A stretch of DNA of 64,000 nt from Macrostomum hystrix (lineage: Eukaryota > Animalia > Platyhelminthes), in contig CATNEN010000037.1 in assembly GCA_950097015.1 (NCBI GenBank), forward strand, positions 1,674,001-1,738,000, written 5' to 3'. Both the position numbers and the translations under genes were made by a program. The notes under the pieces are model-generated. The model worked only from the letters and a program-made list of their open reading frames with translations. It was not told the origin of the DNA and made no database searches. Shown here one piece after another: positions 55,809-64,000 of this stretch. How positions within the stretch are numbered: position 1 is the stretch's first letter; every line of letters starts with the position of its first letter.

Positions 55809-56734
55809 GACTCTTGAACTAATAACCACAAAACTGACTCTGGCAGTGAATTAAAATGAAGATAAGATGAATAAACATAACTAGATGTAAATCGCGATAA
55901 GCCGACAGTAACGCTCTAGTTTCGGACCAGATATAATATATAAACAGTGGAACAGCAAAACCTGAAACTAGCAATAATATTATCACTTCATTTTGCGTAT
56001 TCTTAAATAAAGAGACATCAAAATTGCATGCTTTTTACTAGCTCGTAAAAAAGTTAGGATAGCCGCAACACGATGCAATTAACAGTACATACAGAATTAG
56101 CAGAGAAATAAATAAATGAATAATGAAATGCGGATACGACATAGGACTGCTGATGTATATTGAACTCAATAAACACAATTACTTTACCAGATTAACACAG
56201 AAAATGTATTTTCTAAAATACTGTAAAATTACGATTAGAGAATGAAAGAACGAAAAGGTTTAAGCTTAGTTTGTGTTGCGTTATTATTAATTTATAGAGG
56301 CTCACACATAGATGCAGACTATGATTATATCACACATTGATGCACAATCAAACATGACGTATCTAGGGAATGAGCCGAATTAATCGTACATCTGAGAAAG
56401 ATTACAACAATTAAAATATAGTATAAATGTAATACGAGCGTATAAGGACAAAAAATTAAGAACGACTGTCCGATTCCAGGTAGCATTGTGCGAGTTTGCT
56501 ATTCGGAATTCAATAAAATGAATTAATATTAGTAACGCAAAGTCTAACATGCTTACTCATCAGTAGTATGATATGCGCAAGAAAAAATAAACATAATCCA
56601 AGATTATAAAAAAAGCGGATTTCATCAACGGATAAGAAAGCCCTCCTGGCCAGGGCTGAACCAGCGGCAAATGATGTACATTCTGTAACGTTTTATTCAG
56701 TTTTACATGGGTCTTGGGATTGAACTTATTGAAG

Positions 56735-57585
56735 ATGGTATCATTGGCCAGCTAATTCCAGATCTGTGAGATGGGATTCCTTACCAGCTAATCCCAGATC
56801 TGGGAGATGGGATCATTGGCCAGCTAATCCCAGATCTGGGAGATGGGATCATTGGTCAGCTAATCCCAGTTCTGTGAGATGGGATCATTGGTCAGCTAAT
56901 CCCAGTTCTGTGAGATGGGATCATTGGCTAGCTAATCCCAGATCTGTGAGATGGGATCATTGGTCAGCTAATTCCAGTTCTGTGAGATGGGATCATTGGC
57001 CAGCTAATCCCAGATCTGTGAGATGGGATCATTGGCCAGCTAATCCCAGATCTGTGAGATGGGATCATTGGTCAGCTAATCCCAGTTCTGTGAGATGGGA
57101 TCATTGGCCAGCTAGTCCCAGTTCTGTGAGATGGGATCATTGGCTAGCTAATCCCAGATCTGTGAGATGGGATCATTGGTCAGCTAATCCCAGTTCTGGG
57201 AGATGGATCATTGGCCAGCTAATCCCAGTTCTGTGAGATGGGATCATTGGATGGAACTTTTTAAGATGGGATCATTGGCTAGCTAATCCCAGTTCTGTGA
57301 GATGGGATCATTGGATGGAACTTATGGAAGATGGGATCGTTGGCTAGCTAATCCCAGTTCTGTGAGATGGGATCATTGGATGGAACTTATGGAAGATGGG
57401 ATCATTGGCTAGCTAATCCCAGTTCTGTGAGATGGGATCATTGGATGGAACTTATGGAAGATGGGATCATTGGTTAGCTAATCCCAGTTCTGTGAGATGG
57501 GATCATTGGACGGAACTTATGGAAGATGGGATCATTGGCCAGCTAATCCCAGATCTAGGAGATTGGATCATTGGCTAGCTAATCC
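56735..57585. repeat. Minisatellite, 36-bp unit GGGATCATTGGCCAGCTAATCCCAGATCTGTGAGAT, with alternating shorter units at the right
   Basis: Tandem copies without spacers; internal inverted repeat TGGGAT...ATCCCA. Confidence 0.94.
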
Positions 57586-57669
57586 CTGGTTTCTACTGGG
57601 CAATTTATCTATTAGCCTCACCCCTAATTTAGTGCGAATCAGCAGATAAAAGGGTTATTAAGTGCTCAC

Positions 57670-59786
57670 GATGTTGCGCCCAGAAGAAACGAGGCGGCAT
57701 GGCTGAGCAGGCTCACTAGCAGGGAACCACAGTCGCATTGTCGTACTAGGCGAGTTTTGCGCAGACTTAAAAAGCGCCACATTTGAAACTTGCGCAAGCC
57801 AGGCGCCTGCGATCTAAATCGGTAGTTGAGAAGCACGAAAAGAACAAAATTATTTTTACGAACTCTTCTACTAGTTTAATAAGTAGTATAATTATGACTG
57901 ATCTTGTGAGAATTTTAAAACTTACGCCACAAATTTAGTTGGCCAGTCGCCTGCTACGCCGCTGCTCTGCGAATGGCATCATTCAATGAGGCTGGGAATG
58001 ACATTTCTTGGTCAAATTTTGTTTCTGTTATCTGAACTGTTCAACAACTGTTCAGAGATAAGGCAGTGAAGAGATGAGACAGGAGAGATGAAACACGGGA
58101 GAGGTAGGACACGTGAGAGATAGATGAGACACTGGAGAGATGAGACACTGGAGAGATGAGACACTGGAGAGATGAGACAGTGAAGAGATGAGACAGGAGA
58201 GATGAAACACGGGAGAGGTAGGACACGTGAGAGATGAGACACTGGAGAGATGAGACAGTGAAGAGATGAGACAGGAGAGATGAAACACGGGAGAGATGAG
58301 ACACGGGAGAGATGAGACACGGGGAGAGATGAGACTCGGGAGAAATATTAGACAGCGGAGAGATGAGGCAAGATAGAGAAGGTGTTGGAAAGGGCCAGTC
58401 AGCTAGGCGGCATCTGGCCCGGGGGAGAACACAGTGGACTCACACCGCCACCGCCGGATGTTTGAGGCCCAGCAGCCAGCAGGATTGTAGGGCTCCGACT
58501 GCCGCTGCCAGCGATAGCCGGACTGGCACTGCCAGACTGGGCCAACGAGGACTGGCCGCTCTCCCGCTGGGCATCGATCAGCAGCTTCTCCATGGCCTGG
58601 CGACTGCCGCTGGCCAACTGAGGCGCCGGGTCTACTGCGAATTGAACCTCGATCCAGGCCGCCGAAGAGGCAGCGTCTGATAGGGATGTGGTTCAAGCAC
58701 ACAATTAGCCTGGTAGACTGGTTAGTTAACACATCTGCCACTTGCACCAAGGTCCATGGGCTCGATTCTGTGGTGAGAAGCTAGCTGTGCAATTCACACT
58801 ATTAGTTCCAGTAGAAAGACCACACTAGTCTTAGCACAATTTATCTTTGGTGAGTTTTTCAAGATTCAAGTTGAATCTTTAACAATAGAAAGACCACACT
58901 ATTTTCTGCCCATGGGGGAATTTCAAATACCCACTGCCTACTTCATAGTAGCTCCCAAACCAAATGACTGATTTTTGTGAAAGTCCACCAGATAGATCAA
59001 AATTTTCTCCCATTTATGATGAACTAACTTTCAAAGCAGTGAGACATCAGAATTGTTGAGGTATTCTGAGATTGATTATTAAAGTCCCTAGTGACAAGGA
59101 CAACCAACATTGCTCTGTGGCAAATCTATTGACTCAAAATTAGGCCCCCTATAGATAGATATGATATACAGATATACATACTGCCCTATGTGAGCTTGTA
59201 CCCAAATATATTATCTTGGTGCATTTGTGCTTAGGAGTGAGTACTTATAAATCTTGTTAAATATTTGGTGAATAAGACAAAAGTAAAATTGATATAAAAA
59301 ATAAGTTATAGATAATGACATAACATATAAATACAAAATTATAAGTACAATTCATACTGGTTTCATAATGTAGTCTTGTGATTGCATTTTGTAATAGCCA
59401 AAATTGGAAAAATATGGCTAGGCCCTATTAATGTTAAGATATCTATAATTTAACAATCAATGTATTTACTGGATTGCCTTTTCAATATGTTAATTAGATT
59501 GGAATGAAAAAAACTTATACAAAAAGAGATGCTTCAAAAACATAGTATATCTATGTATAATAATAAATAAAAAATCACATCATAGTTCCAGATATCTTAA
59601 AGAAAAATTCCTAAATTGAGACTGTATAGCCAAGGAGTATAGGACCAGCTGCCTAGGCCTATTATTAACAAGGTTCAATAAACTGAATTACTGGCAAATG
59701 TAACCAAAGCAACTTGTCCTAGTATTTAGAAAAAAATATTTATATTGCAACTTACCAGAGGAGGGCTCAGCTCCTACAAGAGACAT
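57670..59786 (-). CDS. BNIP3: BNIP3/NIX-like mitophagy receptor, compact form; exons 59756-59786, 58444-58676, 57926-57966, 57670-57765
   Basis: Spliced reading MSLVGAEPSSD|AASSAAWIEVQF...AMEKLLIDAQRESGQSS...GGGG|SSGVAGDWPTKFVA|LRKTRLVRQCDCGSLLVSLLSHAASFLLGATS. WIEV corresponds to the BNIP3 LIR (WVEL), MEKLLIDAQRESGQSS to MEKILLDAQHESGRSS, and the TM SH...LG to the BNIP3 dimerising TM. All junctions are GT-AG and phase-compatible. Confidence 0.78.
58062..58345. repeat. GA-rich degenerate minisatellite (GAGAGATGAGACAC..) in a BNIP3 intron
   Basis: 16-bp units plus a higher-order duplication. Confidence 0.85.
58911..59038 (+). mobile_element. Partial copy of the MITE-like family
   Basis: ATTTCAAATACCCA...AGCTCCCAAAC.AAATGAC..ATTTTTGTGAAA.TCCACCA is shared with 43955 and 62700. 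Confidence 0.6.
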
Positions 59787-59789
59787 GGA

Positions 59790-61310
59790 TATCTAGGCCT
59801 GGTAAATTCTGGTTCTGAGTTTAGCTAAGCTATGGAAAAACAATGTAATATAGCTAGGGTGCTTAAATTTCAGGCTTAAGCCTACTTCGCTCTGTTATTA
59901 TGTTTTTTCTAGAATATTGATTATAACAACTTAAAAAGCAAGACACAAATGCTTCTTAAAGAATTTATCATAGATGAAGAAGCTTGGTATAGTTTTCGTT
60001 TATGTTTAATCAGCTGATTAAAGTATATAACTTTTGTTTTATATTATTTTTATATTATTTTATTATATTATTTTTGTTCCCACAGACAGATGTATCTTTT
60101 AATACATTAATATTTTTTAAACTCGATCAGGTTTCCAGTTGGAAAAGGGACCTGCATTATATTTATATTGTTATACTGAATGTTGTTGCTTATTTAAATA
60201 AGTGTGCAAATTAAGTGCTTAAAGACATATTTTACAAGTGTCGCCATGCAAGCTTGGAGGAAATTAAGCCAAGAAATGAAACATTTGCAGGCGAAATAAC
60301 AATAAAATTCGCAAGGAATTCCTCCTGTCTTAACCGAGGACCACTGTAGCTACTAAGCTACACTAATTTACTTAAGTATGTGCCGCTGCCTTGAGGCCGT
60401 CTCAAATGAGCTTGGGTGAGGGAATCAAGGAGGCTGGGAGGCAGAGACCTAGACTGCTGTCACAAACCGTTCTAAACGGTTACTAACCGAGTTTATCAAC
60501 TGAGAAGGCAGCTAGATGCGGTGCACGAGGCTCCGTCTAGTTCGGACACCCGCGGTCGCCACCCCGGCAATTTCCTAAAAAATTCAGCGACACCTGTAGT
60601 TGGCTTGGTATGTATTGGAAGCCACTGTCTAGAGGTGATTCTACGCTAGAGGCTATCCTACTGTTTTCCCACGAGCTAAGAATGCGAATATTGATTGCTG
60701 GCAGTTTAGTTATCATCTATTGGTTTAAAAATATTCATTAAAATATTTAAATAAAAAATATTTGATCGCAGCCATCGATCTTAAGTATTTTTACGTTGCT
60801 ATTTCAGTATCTGGTATTATTCTCCGCGAACTGCCTTTATATCAAAATAGTTAATTGTGTCCTTTAAGTGAAGAGCTTCACTTTATGGCTTCGTGCCACA
60901 CCTTGTATAGAAGACAGAAGTCACCACTTCCGCCTTTGCCATGACTGCAATTTCCCGTGGTCCCTTCAAAATCCTGCAGCGTGCTGAGCTTGAGCTCACC
61001 CTCCCATCACAATGAGAGCTTTCAGCGCATTGTAAAACGGTCCGCTTCGCATGCAGCCTCTTTTGCTTTCCAAAGAAGAAAAACGCGGGCTGGCTTAGTG
61101 TGTGAGGCGTGGACTGCAAGAGTTTGCTTTGGAGGAGATGGGGCAGCCAAGCTGTGCTCATGTCACCTGGTCTGAAAAAATGCTTATATAGCAACCACAA
61201 GAGAGGCCTATACGAAGACGTCAGTATATTAAAATAGACGACGAAGAGCAGATCCAGACGACAGAAGTCTACAGGAAACCTGCTACATCAATTTTGCATC
61301 AAACCGATTG
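59790..61310. promoter_or_regulatory. Divergent intergenic region between BNIP3 (-) and the orphan gene (+); probable bidirectional promoter
   Basis: Inferred only from the head-to-head gene arrangement and a GC/CpG-richer patch near 60380-60600. Confidence 0.3.
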
Positions 61311-61320
61311 CCCCAGACCG

Positions 61321-63473
61321 ATGGCAGCCAGGCGCAGGGCTCAGGAGCGTGACTTCAATCGGCGTAGGCGGCTCATTCTTGACCGAGGCATCGACTTGGC
61401 CAACAACCAGAAGGACACGGCCTTCGGCGAGTGCCTGCTGAAGGTAAACGTGCGCGAGGGCACCCGGCTGGAGCGATGCCAGATGGCTCTGGCCAGGCAG
61501 CAAGGCCAAGCAGCGGCTCACAGGGAGCAAGAGAAGAAGCGCTTTGTGGCCCTGCGAGATCAGGCGATTCGAGAGCCGACACTGCTGCTGGAGCGACTGC
61601 CTAGCGCGGAGCAGTATCCGGACTTTGTCAACATGAGTTTGCCAAGGTGAGGCTGAAGCTTCAACGTTTCGAAGTTTGCTGAGCCTGAAACCACGATTAG
61701 AAGAACAGCATTAGCTGGGGTAATTGAGTCACCTGGACGAAAAGTGTGGTCTCGTCCCAGTCCATGGACTGAACAGCCGCCGTACGCAGTCTTCAGATGT
61801 GCCGCGCAATAGCTGGCAGTGGTGTAGACAGCACATCTGACCCATTCGGGGCAGGTGTAATCAATTATATTATTATTATTCTTATAAACGCAGGACCAGT
61901 GGTGAGCTAGAATGGAACCGCGCACACATCCCATTGTCCACACATGTTGACATTTTCGGCGCCGCAATGTCTCATGTTCAGGTTCATGCGACCCCTGGAG
62001 GCGCGCCAGTCGAAGGCGCCGGATTTTGCCACGCTAAGCGTATTCCAGGCTGTTAAGAAGCGAAAGCGAAATCCCTGGGAGGAGGCGGTCCGGTCCAGCG
62101 TTTGTTTCCGCCCCACCCTGTGCCCGTGCCCGCGGCTCAGCCGGACCGACCAGGAGAAACTCACGGCCGACTGGGCGCAAGTCGCGGAGCTGCAGAGTAG
62201 GGCACTCTCTGGCGGAGGGCTGGTAAGAGTTGGCAAAAAATCGAAGCTTAGATAAAACGGTTAGTCTCATGATAATAAGTCTGTGAAGCTTTCACAGAAC
62301 CCAAGAACCCAGGACTGGATAGAAGCTTCCCTGAAACTTCATCGCAGACCTCGGCGCCGACTCGTTCCAAGCCGGCTGCGGGTGGCAATCCGCTTGGCCT
62401 ACCATCGCGTCTGAACTCGGCGCTTCATCGTCTGGCCCGCGACCTGTTCGACGATATGCCATCGGCTTCCTCTGCTTCTGCGACGTCGTCTAGGAAGTCG
62501 CTTGCGCCGACTGGTTCGTCGATTGACGAGACGCCGCAACAGTCGCCGATTTTCATCACCCAGATGGGCGGCCAGTTGCGAGGCTCCGGCGAGCTGGTGT
62601 TCGATTTTGAAAGGCGAAGGAGCGACAGTCGGAGACGAGAGAAGGAGCAGGTGCGAGGCTCGGAATGTGTCAAGTTCAATTTATTAACCGTAGAAATACC
62701 GCGGGGCATTTCAAATACCCACTTCCCAACAGCTCCCAAACCGAATGACCGATTTTTGTGAAATTCCACCAAATGGATCAACTTTTTCCGCCATTTAACG
62801 ATTAACTAAATTTCAAAGCCGTCCGAGTCAACATCGTCGAGATAATCAGCGATTCTTGTCGAAGACCCTGGTGACATGGACAGCTCATATTTGCATAAAC
62901 CTTTTTGGCCAATCCATACTGGTTCAACAATGCAATATAATCAACAATAATAGCGTATATGGCTACATTATGAAATTAAAAGTGAAAATGTGTGTTTTTG
63001 CAATTACCTACCGTGGCTTTTCTTCTGTCAATAGACACCTTAGTTTAATTAGAGAGTTCAAGCCGCATTTGTCCATTTCGTATACGAAAATATTGAACTA
63101 TTTATCTCACTACTCAAAGTAGGCGGCTTTTTTATTTTTTAAGGCGGCACGCAAACAGCAGGTGGACCGCGCCCTGACCAGCATCTACCAGCTGCTGGAT
63201 GGCAGACGAGCGACCGGCCAGCCGCAACTTCGATCAGTCAACAACCGGCGTCAGGCGCCAGACAGCTTCGATCCTGGCGTCGCTAATGCATATAGGCAAG
63301 ATGATGAAAATGATGAAGATGAAGATTCGTTGGCCGACAAGCAGGTGAGCTTTTCAACATGCAAGACAGCGGAGAGTCTGCAGATCCTGACCAAGGCCCG
63401 ACGAGTCGTTGTCACGCGGCGTCGATTGAACCGTCGTGGCAGCGACGTCGACGAGCAACCAGTTCCGGTGTGA
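61321..63473 (+). CDS. Hypothetical protein, no recognised domain; exons 61317-61646, 61982-62222, 62348-62650, 63162-63473 (possible 39-nt intron 63345-63383)
   Basis: Four GC-rich ORF blocks joined by GT-AG introns with compatible phases (CCAAG|gtgagg, GGGCTG|gtaaga, GAGCAG|gtgcga). The start codon is uncertain and there may be upstream exons near 60970-61270. Confidence 0.65.
61708..61880 (+). mobile_element. SINE family 1, 5'-truncated copy with (ATT)n tail
   Basis: AGCATTAGCTGGGGTAAT...CCCAGTCCATGGACTGAACAGCC...GGCAGGTGTAATCAATTATATTATTATTATT, in an intron of the plus-strand gene. Confidence 0.8.
62684..62818 (+). mobile_element. Partial copy of the MITE-like family, starting TTAA|CCGTAGAAA
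   Basis: The start matches the reverse complement of the right end at 44129-44168; the body matches 58911-59038. Confidence 0.6.
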
Positions 63474-64000
63474 AAATTAATAGAAAAAATAGGATTATAG
63501 TTTTGTATATGAGCAATTTTGATGAAACATCTTCCCCACGAGCGGCATATATTTTAACATACGCTTACGAATTAGATCATTTGTGGTAATATTTTAATTA
63601 CCATAGACACTTAATTCTCTTGCCAAAAAACGCTAAATTTGAATTTACAAATATAGTTGTCTACGGCTTACTTTCTCGTGTGAATTCAAACGCTTGGCCC
63701 TAGAATTCCATGGGCCGTTCCGTTTTGCATGTCCACTGTTCCACATAGCGCGACAAAAGCAATGTTACACTCATTCTATTCCCAATAAACGCTATTATAT
63801 AATACTCGTAGTTTTGTTTGTCTGTTCTTCTGTTGTTTATGGCAGAAATACCTCGGACGTGATTTTCTAAGGACCGGGTCCGTTATGAAATTCACGTTAT
63901 GAAGAAGCAACTGTATGTGCAGTATGCACATATCGATAGTCAAACACAATTTGTTAAATCAACAATGCCAATGCTAAAAATAGTCGCTTCAGACACCGCT

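Noticed and set aside
56735-57585. CRISPR-like 36-bp hairpin repeats
   Set aside because: No unique spacers, no cas genes, and a eukaryotic intron-exon context.

Overview
Eukaryotic (metazoan) genomic DNA with multi-exon genes whose introns and intergenic spaces are inflated by more than 20 different minisatellite arrays (units 14-38 bp, arrays up to 6.5 kb). The style (GC-rich exons, minisatellite-filled introns, 7-EC protocadherin) suggests a free-living flatworm such as Macrostomum; this is inference only. I reconstructed genes by hand from splice sites and codon phase. On the minus strand, in order of decreasing coordinate: a compact BNIP3/NIX-like gene (59786 to about 57670 or 51578), a complete NDR/tricornered (STK38) kinase (46032-42749), a complete 7-cadherin-repeat protocadherin (39110-25696, one GC-AG intron), a Yurt/EPB41L5-type FERM-FA gene (at least 15 exons, 24096-10212), and the 5' part of an MLCK-family kinase that runs off the left edge. 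On the plus strand there is an orphan multi-exon gene (about 61321-63473). Two tRNA-derived SINE families and one MITE-like family are present in several copies. All very long ORFs in the supplied track are artefacts of tandem repeats. The most interesting observations are: a dual-frame last exon of the FERM gene (PDZ-type tail versus a transmembrane anchor), a CCAAT/ATTGG core shared by many different minisatellites, intronic arrays built from TGACTCA (AP-1) / GTGAGT (splice donor) motifs, and signs of sequence exchange between arrays.
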